Assembly (NCBI GenBank): GCA_038213805.1
Contig: JBBQSO010000007.1
Span: 9,127-73,126, forward strand
DNA length: 64,000 nucleotides
Direction: 5' to 3'
From: Planctomycetota bacterium
GTDB taxonomy: Bacteria > Planctomycetota > UBA11346
The notes beneath the pieces were generated by a model, which did not search any database, was not told the DNA's origin, and saw nothing but the letters and a program-made list of their open reading frames with translations. A program made the translations under genes and the position numbers. Below, one piece after another: positions 42,940 to 52,879 of the stretch (position 1 is the first letter of the stretch; each line of letters starts with the position of its first letter).

Positions 42940-45900
42940 ATGAGCCTCGCTCCCCGCCGCGACACCACGCTGTCGATCCGCTCCTCGCGCCTGCTGTCGA
43001 CCGCCCTTGGCGGGCTTGGCTGCCTGGCCCTGTCCACCGCGGTGGCGGCGGCCGAGCCTGGGAACGTCACGCTCCAGGCGCAAACCGCGGAATCGGTCAC
43101 CCTGGCCAACGCCGGGGGTGATCGCGTCTTCGTGCGCGTGCTGAAACCGAATCTGCTGGAGGTCGATTACCGCCCCGGCAACCAGACCTCGCCAATGACG
43201 CTGATCATGGATCCCGGCTTCGCCGCGAAGACCTGGTCGCCGGGCACCGTCTCGATCGCCGATGGCGCGTCCGAGGTGGTGCTGACCACGTCGGCCATGG
43301 TCGTGCGCATCGCCAAGTCCCCCTGCCGCGTGAACGTCTACGAGACCGACGGCACGACGCGCATTTTCGGCGAGGCGGCCGCCGCGGGCATGACCGACGC
43401 GCGGGTGAAGTTCGAGTTCGACGCGAACCTCAACTGGTACGGCATCCAGTCCGCGCCCAGCACGCGCGGACGGGAGATGGGCTCCACGACCTTGGGCGAT
43501 TATGTGACCAAGACCTTCGTCACGCAGCTCACCCGGCAGAACGTCACGCCGGCCGTCGACCTGAACGCGCGCTGGCACGGCAGCGAGACCGGACCCTTCG
43601 CGTGGACGACCGGCGCCGCCAGCAAGCGCGGCTTCGGTGTGCTCTGGGACAACGATGGCGGCAGCGTCGCCTTCTCAAGCACCACGCTGGAGATGAACAA
43701 GACCAACGAGCGCTGCGTCAGCGCCGTCTCGTCGACCAAGCTGGACACCCTGTGGTTCGCCATGGTGGGCACGCCCACCGAAATCACCCAGGCGATGATC
43801 GAGCTCAGCGGCCGCCCCCAGATGTTCCCCAAGTACGCCCAGGGCTTCGGCAACACCGAGTGGGGCATCAACGAGGAGGAGCTGCGCTCGCACATCAACG
43901 CCTACCGCTCGCGCCACATCCCGCTCGACCACTTCATCCTCGATTTCGACTGGAAGGCGTGGGATCTGAACGACTACGGCAACTTCGAGTGGAACCTGCG
44001 CGCAACGAACGTCGCGGCCAGCGACTTCCGCGGCTTCCCCGCGGCCAGCGACACCACGCTCAAGACCTACACCGACGCCATGGGTGTGAAGCTGATGGGC
44101 ATCACCAAACCCCGCCTGCACGTCGACACCGTGCAGGGCGCGGTGATCACCGCGGGGGCGGCGACCGGGGCCACCTGGCGCAACGCCGGCAGCGTCGGCT
44201 GGTGGCTGCCGTCCGGTAGTCCGAGCACCTTCAAGACCGACTACTGGGGTTCGCAGCGCGGCCGCAGCGACAAGGTCGGCAACCTGAACTTCTTCATCCC
44301 CGCAGCGCGCGCCTGGTATGCGCAGAACAGCATCGACCGCGCCTTCGATAAGGGCATCGTCGGTTACTGGCACGATGAAGGCGACGAAGGCCCGGATTCG
44401 GGCGACATCCCGTCCGCGAGCAACTTCTACAATCCGCTCTACCAAGAAGGCATCTACACCTACCAGCGCGCCAACAAGCCGGGGACCCGCGTCTGGTCGA
44501 TGAACCGGCACTCGTACCTGGGTTCCCAGCGCTACGGCTATGGCGTCTGGAGCGGCGACATCAGCACCGACTGGCGCACGCTCAAGACCGAGGCGCCGCG
44601 CATGCTGCAGACCATCAACGCCGGCATGGCGCGCACGGGCACTGACGCGGGCGGGACCGCGGGAAGCGCGGATTCCATCGGCACGATCGCGACCGACGGC
44701 GTGAGCAAGAACGTCCCGACCGACGAGTTGTACGCGCGCTGGCTGCAATTCGCGGCCATGCAGCCGACTTTCCGCATCCACGGCGTCTACCTGATCAACC
44801 GCCAGCCGTGGTTCCACGGCAGCGAGGCCGAGATCGCGGCGACCGAGGTCATCCGCCTACGCTCGCGGCTGATGCCGTACATCTACGCGCACGACCGCAT
44901 TTACAGCGAGACGGGTGTGCCCTTCGTGCAGCCGCTGGTGTGGGACTATCCCAAGGATGCCAACGTCGCGGAGCGCACCGACGCGTGGATGTTCGGCCGC
45001 GCACTGCTGGCCGCTCCGATCCTCGAACCCCGCGCCACCGTCACCAGCCCCGACGGCAGCCTGTCGATGGCCGGGACCACCAGCAAGTCCATCTACCTGC
45101 CGGCGGGAACCTGGTACGACTACTTCCGCGGGACGGTGCACGCGGGCGGCGCCACTTTCATCTACCCGGTGTCCACGTCGACGCTGCGCGAACTCCCGCT
45201 CTTCATCAAGAAAGGCGCGATCATCCCCAGCCTGCCCACGGCGCTCGACCACGTCGCTGCCGCGCCCATCACCACGGTGCGCCTGGACATGTTCCCGGAC
45301 ACCGCGCTGACCAGCTTCACCTATTACGACGATGACGGCGTCAGCTACCAGTACGAGAGCGGAACCTTCTTCAAGCAGGCCGTGTCGGTGCAGCAGAGCG
45401 GGTCAACCGTCACCGTCGCCTTCGCCGACAAGCAGGGCGGATTCGCACCCGCGCTGCAGCACTATCTGATCGCGATCAACAAGTTCTCGGCAACCACGGT
45501 GGCCGGCTTCACCAGCTTCGCTTCGCAGGCCGCGCTGGAGGCTGCCTCCGGTGAAGGCTATGCCATCGGGTCGGGCGTGCACGGCAGCATCACGTACATC
45601 AAGGTCGCTGCAGGCTCTGCGCGCACCATCACCGCGACCGGGACGAATCCGGGTCTGGGCATTGCGACCACCACGCTGCCCGCGGCGACGCGGAATGCCC
45701 CCTATGACGCGCAGCTCGGCGCAGATGGTCTCGGCGCCAGCTCCACCTGGAGCGTCACGCCCGCCCTTCCCGCCGGCCTGGTCTTGGATGCGCGCACCGG
45801 GCGCATCACTGGTGCAGCGACTGTCGCGGGCAGCACCTCGTACACCTTCCAGGTGTCTTCGGGCGCGACCGCCAGCAAAGCGCTGACGCTGACCGTGACC

Positions 45901-47484
45901 GCCGCGCCGCTGCTCGCCCATGAAGCGTTCCCGTACACCAGCGGCGCCATCGACTGGAATGGCCAGGGCGGCGAGAACGGCTTCGCCGAACCTTGGAACC
46001 GGCTGGTCGGCGGAAATGGCCAGGGCCAGGTTCCGGTGTATCCCGCAAGCTACGTGGCTGGGCTTTCCGCTTTCGGAGTCACCGCCACGGGCGGCGCCGT
46101 GCAGCTGACGAGCGTGCAGCAAATCCCCGGAAATACCAACAGCCAGAAGAACCCCGAGTATGCGCGGCGCCTGCTGACCGGGTTCAGCGATGGCGGCTCT
46201 GCTGGCGCCAACGCCTGGATCAGCTTCATCGGCAAGGGTACGACTCCCGGCACAGGCTATCTCGGCGTCGGCCTCTTCAACGGCAACACCGAGAAGATGT
46301 TCATCGGACAGCGCTTCGGGATGAGCAACTGGGGTGTCGAGGTCGCCGGTGGTGGTGGATCCGCCGACAGCACCTCCAGCCTGTCGAGCACCGCCTTCGT
46401 GGTGGTGAACATCCGCGTGCTCAGCGGCAGCTCGCGGGAGGTGCGGCTGTGGGTGAACCCGACCCCTGGAACGTCGGCGCCGAGCGATGCGGGCGCCGCC
46501 CTGGTCACCACGGGCACGGAGCTGTCATTCGACACGCTGCGCCTGCGCGGCGACAGCATGGTATCCAAGCTGACCGTCGACGAGTTGCGCGTGGGCGCAT
46601 CCTTCGCCGATATCAGCGGCGTCACCGTGGCGCATCCGACGCTGCAGGTGTCGCGGGCCGGCAACGCGATCGGCGATGGCGGCAGCGATGTGGTCGTCGG
46701 AAGCGCTGCGGGCACCGCCCAGGCGCTGACCTTCGTACTGACGAATTCAGGCTCCGCCCCGCTTTCGGTCACCACACCGGTCACGGTGTCGGGCATGACG
46801 AACTGCTCTGCGTCGGTCACGACCCAACCGGGCAGCGCGATCGGCACTGGAGCCACGTCCGACCTGGTGGTGACCGTGACGCCGACCGCCGTCGGCGCGT
46901 GGTCGCTCGCGCTGGCGGTGGTGAACACCGACAGCAATGCCACCCCGTACGACTGGACGGTGACGGGCACGGCGGGCGCCGTCGCGGTTCCCGGACTCGC
47001 CATCACCCGCAGCGGGACGACCATCGCCGATGGCGGGACGGATGGGGTCGCCGGTGCAGTCGCCGGCTCGCCCCAGGCGCTGACCTACGTGCTCGCCAAC
47101 AGCGGCGGCGCTGTGCTCGGAGTGACCGTTCCCGTGACCCTGTCGGGCGTGACCAACTGCACCGCGACCGTGACGACGCAGCCTGCTGCATCGATCCCCG
47201 CCGGTGGAAACGGCACGTTCGTGCTGACGGTCACCCCGACAGTCGCCGGGCCGTGGTCGTGCTTGGTCTCGATCACGAACACCGACGTCAGCCACGCGCC
47301 CTACGACTGGACCGTCTCCGGCACCGCGCAGGCGGCCGTCAGCGGGCCGACGGGCGGCTCGAGTGGTGGCTCGAGTGGTGGCGGCAGCCATGGCTGCGGC
47401 CTGGGGCAGGGCATTGCGTTGGTACTCATGCTCGGGTTCAGCCTGATGTGGCGATTCAGGAGCGGGCGTCGGCCCACGGGCTGA
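42940..47484 (+). CDS. Secreted GH31-family glycoside hydrolase (alpha-glucosidase/alpha-xylosidase-like) with multiple C-terminal Ig-like/beta-sandwich domains and a Cys-Gly/TM/Arg sorting-like tail
   Basis: RBS AAAGGAAAAG. Signal peptide. GH31 nucleophile region GIVGYWHDEGDEG (compare GIDGFWNDMNEP) and acid/base region RHSYLGSQRYGYGVWSGDISTDW. Ends GGSHGCGLGQGIALVLMLGFSLMWRFRSGRRPTG. Confidence 0.85.
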   Translation: MSLAPRRDTTLSIRSSRLLSTALGGLGCLALSTAVAAAEPGNVTLQAQTAESVTLANAGGDRVFVRVLKPNLLEVDYRPGNQTSPMTLIMDPGFAAKTWSPGTVSIADGASEVVLTTSAMVVRIAKSPCRVNVYETDGTTRIFGEAAAAGMTDARVKFEFDANLNWYGIQSAPSTRGREMGSTTLGDYVTKTFVTQLTRQNVTPAVDLNARWHGSETGPFAWTTGAASKRGFGVLWDNDGGSVAFSSTTLEMNKTNERCVSAVSSTKLDTLWFAMVGTPTEITQAMIELSGRPQMFPKYAQGFGNTEWGINEEELRSHINAYRSRHIPLDHFILDFDWKAWDLNDYGNFEWNLRATNVAASDFRGFPAASDTTLKTYTDAMGVKLMGITKPRLHVDTVQGAVITAGAATGATWRNAGSVGWWLPSGSPSTFKTDYWGSQRGRSDKVGNLNFFIPAARAWYAQNSIDRAFDKGIVGYWHDEGDEGPDSGDIPSASNFYNPLYQEGIYTYQRANKPGTRVWSMNRHSYLGSQRYGYGVWSGDISTDWRTLKTEAPRMLQTINAGMARTGTDAGGTAGSADSIGTIATDGVSKNVPTDELYARWLQFAAMQPTFRIHGVYLINRQPWFHGSEAEIAATEVIRLRSRLMPYIYAHDRIYSETGVPFVQPLVWDYPKDANVAERTDAWMFGRALLAAPILEPRATVTSPDGSLSMAGTTSKSIYLPAGTWYDYFRGTVHAGGATFIYPVSTSTLRELPLFIKKGAIIPSLPTALDHVAAAPITTVRLDMFPDTALTSFTYYDDDGVSYQYESGTFFKQAVSVQQSGSTVTVAFADKQGGFAPALQHYLIAINKFSATTVAGFTSFASQAALEAASGEGYAIGSGVHGSITYIKVAAGSARTITATGTNPGLGIATTTLPAATRNAPYDAQLGADGLGASSTWSVTPALPAGLVLDARTGRITGAATVAGSTSYTFQVSSGATASKALTLTVTAAPLLAHEAFPYTSGAIDWNGQGGENGFAEPWNRLVGGNGQGQVPVYPASYVAGLSAFGVTATGGAVQLTSVQQIPGNTNSQKNPEYARRLLTGFSDGGSAGANAWISFIGKGTTPGTGYLGVGLFNGNTEKMFIGQRFGMSNWGVEVAGGGGSADSTSSLSSTAFVVVNIRVLSGSSREVRLWVNPTPGTSAPSDAGAALVTTGTELSFDTLRLRGDSMVSKLTVDELRVGASFADISGVTVAHPTLQVSRAGNAIGDGGSDVVVGSAAGTAQALTFVLTNSGSAPLSVTTPVTVSGMTNCSASVTTQPGSAIGTGATSDLVVTVTPTAVGAWSLALAVVNTDSNATPYDWTVTGTAGAVAVPGLAITRSGTTIADGGTDGVAGAVAGSPQALTYVLANSGGAVLGVTVPVTLSGVTNCTATVTTQPAASIPAGGNGTFVLTVTPTVAGPWSCLVSITNTDVSHAPYDWTVSGTAQAAVSGPTGGSSGGSSGGGSHGCGLGQGIALVLMLGFSLMWRFRSGRRPTG

Positions 47485-47603
47485 GGGCATCGTCCGCCAG
47501 GTGCCCGTGGAAGCGATCCCCGTGATCGATCCCGCATGGATGGGCGAGGGCTCTCAACCGACGAAATCCATGCGGACACGCCCCTACCATCGAGCCAACG
47601 CCA

Positions 47604-47888
47604 ATGAGCCAGGTCACCACCCGCACCTATCGTCAGAAATCAGACCACGCTGCCAGGGCAGACGAAGTAACCTGCCTGGGCTGCAAGAAAAGTGCACCGT
47701 GTGCATGCGGAGACGCCGCCAAGGACCCGGTGCGCATCTTCCAACAGCTGTTCGCGACCGCGATCCGCGCGTCCCGCCAACCAAAATTGTATCTGAGCGC
47801 GTGGGTCGAGGCACATCAGAGACGCGTACGGTGGGGCAGTCGGCGCCTCAGCCGGTGGAGCAAGGGCCCTGAAGGCCACATGGAGTGA
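47604..47888 (+). CDS. Possible small basic Cys-containing protein (94 aa), hypothetical
   Basis: An ORF in an otherwise ORF-poor 0.9-kb gap. CLGCKKSAPCACGD cluster. Local GC is lower than the surroundings, and there is no RBS or homology support. Confidence 0.2.
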   Translation: MSQVTTRTYRQKSDHAARADEVTCLGCKKSAPCACGDAAKDPVRIFQQLFATAIRASRQPKLYLSAWVEAHQRRVRWGSRRLSRWSKGPEGHME

Positions 47889-48398
47889 GGAATCGCGATC
47901 ACTCATCGGTGCGGGACCCGCCTTCGATGACTGTGCTGGCGAAACGCCTGAAGGTCAGGCGCGAACACCTGGGCCGGCTTGCGCACGGTGCCTGAGGACA
48001 GCCCCGGAGGTGTGGTTGCGCAGGTACCGGCTGGGACAGACCGTCGACCTGCCCGAATCGGGCATGGCCATCCCGCCGCGGTCACCTGCGGCTGCAGTTC
48101 CACGGCGCACCGCATCCATGCCTGCGGCCGGCTCCGCGGCACCACACCCAGACGCGGCTGACCGATCGCCACCCATGAATGGTCCGCCATCACCTACTGT
48201 GCAGCTGCTGCCGCTCCACTACCCTGGCTGCGTCAGCCCCGATCAGCCGTCGTGCAGGATGGGTGGATTTGTGGTTTCATAAATACTGGTCCCATCGTAC
48301 CTTTACCACGATGACGCATGGCATTGCCCCGCATAGCAGCATGGCCGCGCACCGGCACCACGCCGACTGCGAGCGCCCGTCGCGAGGCATGGTGAACG

Positions 48399-50372
48399 AT
48401 GGCTGATGCGGCTGCACCTTTGCCTCCTCGCGGACCGTTTCGCCTCCGCGGCCAGTGGGGCGAATTGGAGGTGGCACGCGCAGCCGATGTACCCCGCGCC
48501 CTCGCCAGCGCCTTCGCTGGAGAATCGGGGATTGAGATCACCGATGCGCGGAGTGGCGAGCACATCTCCAGGGATTCGCTTCGCGAATGGTTCGGGGACG
48601 ATGCTGACCGCTTCCTCACCTTGTCGCCATCCATCATCATCCCGCCGATGAAACAACGTGCCTCATCGGAAGAGGTTTCTGAGAGATTGCGGCAGCTTCG
48701 CAGCACAGCGCCTTCAGCAAGCGACTCCAGTGGGAATCGCAAGCCCGTAGCGCGCTCGAGGATGATCGCCGGCGGGGCGGTTGGCATCTCCGCGCTGGCG
48801 GTCGTGGGCTACTTTCTTGTCACCATCGCTAGCGCCCATGACCCCGTTTCGGCCAACCTCCCACAGGCCGAAATCCAGATTCCCCGGGGGTCAGCCCAGG
48901 CGGACGCTCGCGCGCCTCGCTCTGACCAGGGCGGCCATCCCGCGGTGCCGGCAGCCCTCCACGAAATCCATTTCAGCAGCAGCACCCCGATCGCGTGTGA
49001 CCCCGGGCGCTCCGTCACTCTCGGAAGGGCATCGCTTGCGCTGGCCCAGTCCGGGGCGACGCCTGACGAGCTCATCTATAAACTAACGGTAGCGCCAGCG
49101 CACGGCTGGCTGCGCAGGGATTGCCTGCCCCTGGTTGCGGGCGCGACTTTCAGCCAAGCGGACGTGGACGACGACCGCATCAGTTATGAGGCGGGCGACC
49201 TGGCGATGGCCGGAGACGCGTTCCAGGTCTCAGCCATGGGTCTTCAGCATGGGACCGTGCAGCCCACAGGGTGTCCGATCGTCGTCAGGAGCGCGGGCGC
49301 GGACCAGGGCCTGATCGCGTGGTACTCATTCGAGGAGGGAGTGGGCGATACCGTCGCTGATCGTAGCGGCCACGGCAACACCGGTACGCTTCGCCATGCC
49401 ACATGGACCGCCGGTCCCCTCGGCACCGCCGTGACGTTCGATGGCCACGGCGGCATGGACGGTGGGAACGCGGCACTGACTCGGCCATCACAAGCCACAA
49501 CGCTGAGCGGCTGGGTGCGGACCACGCAGCGGACCTCTGATGCTTCGGTTTTCCGGCACGACGGGTACTTCACCCCCCTGCAGGTTCTATTCGGGAAGTC
49601 GTGGGTATCGCTTTGGAGCAATAACTCGTGGAGTAAGCTTGAGTTCGCCTGGAACGGCGTCCTCGCTACCGGCACCTGGCACCATTTCGCAGCGAGTTAT
49701 GGCGCTTCCAGTGGATTGAAAGTCTATGTGGATGGACACACGTACGCCAGCAACGACCAACTGCGTGGCCCACTGGCGAGCGGCACCACGAGCTCGTTCC
49801 TCATTGGAAATAGCGAAAATGGCAAGGAGCCCTACTTCGGGGACATCGATGAGGTGCGCATCTATGACCGAGTGCTGGAGCCAGGTGAAATCCGGTTACT
49901 CGCCCAACAAGCAGCGCCTGTGATATCGCATCTCGATGGCGGGACCGCTGCATATGTGACGGGCGGACCTGCAGTCACACTTGATGGGGCCAAGGTCGCG
50001 GCGGTCAGCGACCAGGACGACCTCTGCTTCGCGGGAGGCGGACTCCTAGTCGAACTGGCCAATCCGCTCGACGGCGACCTGCTCGGAATAAACGCCGCTG
50101 GGGCCATCAGCGCCACCGGCCAGGAAGTAAGCTTCCAGGGCAAGCATCTCGGCCTCATCTCAACGACGCATGACGGTGCGCACGGGCATTCGCTCGAGAT
50201 CACTTTCGACACCCAGATCGCCAGCCCAGAAGCCGTGTCCAACCTCATTCACGCGCTGGCGTATAGCAGTAGCGCGCCAACGGTGGAGGGCTCACGGACT
50301 GTCCGCATCCGGCTGAGTGATGGGGTGCTGACGAGTCTGGCTGCGACGGTGGTGGTGACGATCACGCCCTGA
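48399..50372 (+). CDS. Membrane-anchored protein with concanavalin-A-like/LamG domain (Laminin_G_3-type)
   Basis: A cytoplasmic N-region, a TM helix IAGGAVGISALAVVGYFLVTIA, then a LamG block (LIAWYSFEEGVGDTVADRSGHGNTGTL...GDIDEVRIYDRVLEPGEI). Confidence 0.7.
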   Translation: MADAAAPLPPRGPFRLRGQWGELEVARAADVPRALASAFAGESGIEITDARSGEHISRDSLREWFGDDADRFLTLSPSIIIPPMKQRASSEEVSERLRQLRSTAPSASDSSGNRKPVARSRMIAGGAVGISALAVVGYFLVTIASAHDPVSANLPQAEIQIPRGSAQADARAPRSDQGGHPAVPAALHEIHFSSSTPIACDPGRSVTLGRASLALAQSGATPDELIYKLTVAPAHGWLRRDCLPLVAGATFSQADVDDDRISYEAGDLAMAGDAFQVSAMGLQHGTVQPTGCPIVVRSAGADQGLIAWYSFEEGVGDTVADRSGHGNTGTLRHATWTAGPLGTAVTFDGHGGMDGGNAALTRPSQATTLSGWVRTTQRTSDASVFRHDGYFTPLQVLFGKSWVSLWSNNSWSKLEFAWNGVLATGTWHHFAASYGASSGLKVYVDGHTYASNDQLRGPLASGTTSSFLIGNSENGKEPYFGDIDEVRIYDRVLEPGEIRLLAQQAAPVISHLDGGTAAYVTGGPAVTLDGAKVAAVSDQDDLCFAGGGLLVELANPLDGDLLGINAAGAISATGQEVSFQGKHLGLISTTHDGAHGHSLEITFDTQIASPEAVSNLIHALAYSSSAPTVEGSRTVRIRLSDGVLTSLAATVVVTITP

Positions 50373-50438
50373 ACCGGTGCCGGCGCTCGTCCGCACGTGC
50401 TGCCCAACGCCGTCTGGCTGGGCCGCTTTCCCGGCTGA

Positions 50439-50675
50439 TCAACACGCCACCATCGGCGGTCGGAAACATGGGATCCGCGTGGTACGCGAAACCTCGACCA
50501 AGGCGGCGCTGCGTGCGGCGAGGAACTCCTCGAGGGACTCCTGCCGCCGCCATTCCGGGCGGTGGGCGGCCAGCGCCTGGGCCTTGGCGTCATCGCTGGC
50601 CAGCTCGCGTTGACCGCAGCCAGCGAGCACGAGGGCGAGCGCGAGCGTTGGACCCACCAGCGAGCCGCTCACCAT
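50439..50675 (-). CDS. Possible small lipoprotein (78 aa)
   Basis: MVSGSLVGPTLALALVLAGC lipobox-type signal. Good GC3. Sits downstream of the sugar-binding-protein gene. No homology support. Confidence 0.3.
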   Translation of the reverse strand: MVSGSLVGPTLALALVLAGCGQRELASDDAKAQALAAHRPEWRRQESLEEFLAARSAALVEVSRTTRIPCFRPPMVAC

Positions 50676-50858
50676 CGCAGATCCAGGTCGAGCCAGGGAA
50701 TTCGTGCAGCGTCGCCGGCCCCGATTCCGCTCTGGCCACCACCGTCCACTCGCCCTCCCCTCCACGGGGCATGGTCGCCACGCAGCGCGTTCGGCAGGCG
50801 CAGCTGCAGGACGGCAAGATCCGCTCACCTGCGCGGGAAACCCGCGCGACCTCCCCCA

Positions 50859-51857
50859 TCACTTGCCGCGCAGCTTGTGCAGCTTTGCGCGGAACGCCGC
50901 CACATCCGGCGCGCGGATCGTCTGGGTGGGGACGTAGATGTGCTTGTCCGCGGGAATGAAGGATGCATCGCCGGCGAGCTGGCGAGCCAGCAATTTCAAC
51001 GACTGGTAGCCGAACTCGTACGGTTGCTGCACGATGGTGCCCACCACGGTGCCGGATTCGATGCCGACCAGGGTCGCGTCTTCTTCATCGAACCCCACAA
51101 CCTTGACCTTGCCGAGCTTGCCCGCGTCCGCGAGCGCGCTGAGGATGGCGGGAACGTTGTAGCCCGAAAGCCCGACCATGCCGGCGAGCGCCGCATGGCT
51201 GACCAGGCTGTCGGCGGCGTTGGCCTTGGAGCGCGCGCGGTCGCCATCGTCGGCACGCAGGTCGAGGATGGTGACATTGCTGCCGGCCAACCCCTCTTTC
51301 AGGCCCTGGAAGCGCTCGATGGAGTTCTGCTGGTCCTTCTTGCTGATAAAGACCATGATCTCGCCCCCGGCAGGCAGGGCCTCCTTGACCAGCACAGCGG
51401 CAGCGCGCCCGGCGGCGACGTTGTCGGTGCCCAGGTAGTACGCGCGTTTCGAGGCGGGCGCGTCGCTGTCCTGACAGATCAGCAGCGCCTGCTGCGCCGC
51501 GTGGTCGAGCATCGCGCCCTGGTTGCCGGCGTCGACCGGGCTGATGGCGATCCCGACCGCGCCCTTCACCAGCAGATCTTCGACAATCTCCTTCTGCTTG
51601 GCGGCCGTGCCGTCGCCGATGCGGAACTCGAGGACGTAGCCCGGCAGTTCCCGTTGTGCCGCTTCGGCACCTGCGCGCGCGATGTTCCAGAAATCGGCAG
51701 GAAGGTTCGTGACGAAACCGAGCGTGCGTACCTGCGCAGCGCCAGCGGCCGGACCGGTCGGCACGGTGGAGTGCGGATCCTCGCCGCAGCTGACGAGCAG
51801 CAGGAGCGCGAGCGAGGTCAGTCCGAGAGCGGAAGCTGGGTGGGAGGCGATACGCAT
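50859..51857 (-). CDS. Periplasmic sugar-binding protein (RbsB/ABC substrate-binding-protein family), apparently orphan
   Basis: Internal Met start MRIASHPASALGLTSLALLLLVSCG (lipoprotein-type signal). A type-I PBP fold. No permease or ATPase genes are adjacent. Confidence 0.7.
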   Translation of the reverse strand: MRIASHPASALGLTSLALLLLVSCGEDPHSTVPTGPAAGAAQVRTLGFVTNLPADFWNIARAGAEAAQRELPGYVLEFRIGDGTAAKQKEIVEDLLVKGAVGIAISPVDAGNQGAMLDHAAQQALLICQDSDAPASKRAYYLGTDNVAAGRAAAVLVKEALPAGGEIMVFISKKDQQNSIERFQGLKEGLAGSNVTILDLRADDGDRARSKANAADSLVSHAALAGMVGLSGYNVPAILSALADAGKLGKVKVVGFDEEDATLVGIESGTVVGTIVQQPYEFGYQSLKLLARQLAGDASFIPADKHIYVPTQTIRAPDVAAFRAKLHKLRGK

Positions 51858-51952
51858 GGGGAAGTTCCAGGGGATGGTGCCGGCGTGCAAATCACGTGCA
51901 GGTCGCGCTTGCAGAAGTGATGGATCACGCGCGGGAGCGCGCGGCCTGACGT

Positions 51953-52825
51953 TCAGCAAGCCGCCCGCGCGACATCCCGGAAGATCCCTTCCAGGGCTTG
52001 GCGCATGACCATCGCGTCGGGCTGGATCCCGGTCCAATAGTGGACGCCGATGACGCCCTGGCCGACCAGCATGGCGAGTCCATCGATGACGCGGCAGCCG
52101 CGCTGCCGCGCCGCCCGAACCAAGTGCGTGGCGGGTGGATTGGGTATCACGTCCGCGACCACCATGTGCGGTCGCAGCGTCGCCACATCAAGCGCGAGTC
52201 GCGCATCCCCGTGCGGATGAAGGCCGATGCTGGTCGCGTTGATCACGATGTCGACGTCGTCGGGGACGGCGTATTCCGTGGCCCAAGCCACGCCTTCGGC
52301 AGCGACGCGCAGGCTGGTGCGCAGCAGGTCGACAAGGTCGGCCCGTCGCTGTCCGCCCCGATTGACGATGACGAAGGAGGCCGCGCCGGCCAAGGCCAGT
52401 TCGACGGCGATCGCGCGCGCCGCGCCGCCGGCGCCGAGGATCACCACCCGTCTGCCGGCGGGGTTGGCGACCCCCTGCAGCGCCTGCACGAAGCCCTTGC
52501 CGTCCGTATTCTCGCCGATCAGGCGGTCACCGCGTCGCACCACGCAGTTCACCGCGCCCATGAGCGCCGCCGACTCGCCGAGACCGTCGAGATACGGTAT
52601 GATCGCCAGCTTGTGCGGCTGGGTGCAGTTGAAGCCGCGAAAACCCATGGCCCGCGCTCCGCGCACCGCGGCCGCCAGATCCGTGGGCGCGACTTCGATG
52701 GTGAGGTAGCGCCATGGCAGCCCGAGGTGGCGGTAGGCCGCCTCCACCATCGGTTGGGAGGGGTTTTCGGCGACGGGCTGGCCGAACACGCCGGTCAGCT
52801 CCTGCTTGAAATCAAGGTCGGTCAT
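51953..52825 (-). CDS. Shikimate/quinate dehydrogenase (AroE family)
   Basis: N-terminal substrate domain (VFGQPVAENPSQPMVEAAYRHLGLPWRY...FRGFNCTQPHK...NTDG) and a Rossmann GAGGAARAI motif. Confidence 0.85.
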   Translation of the reverse strand: MTDLDFKQELTGVFGQPVAENPSQPMVEAAYRHLGLPWRYLTIEVAPTDLAAAVRGARAMGFRGFNCTQPHKLAIIPYLDGLGESAALMGAVNCVVRRGDRLIGENTDGKGFVQALQGVANPAGRRVVILGAGGAARAIAVELALAGAASFVIVNRGGQRRADLVDLLRTSLRVAAEGVAWATEYAVPDDVDIVINATSIGLHPHGDARLALDVATLRPHMVVADVIPNPPATHLVRAARQRGCRVIDGLAMLVGQGVIGVHYWTGIQPDAMVMRQALEGIFRDVARAAC

Positions 52826-52879
52826 GGCCTGTGCTCCAACGGGGTGCGGCGGATGATCGGCGCGGCAGAGACGACTGGA

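Noticed and set aside
48200-48260. ATGGGTGG 8-mer upstream of the LamG gene resembling the tail of the CAZyme upstream element
   Set aside because: Only the 8-mer is shared and the block order differs. In 64 kb of 70%-GC sequence an 8-mer match is expected by chance.
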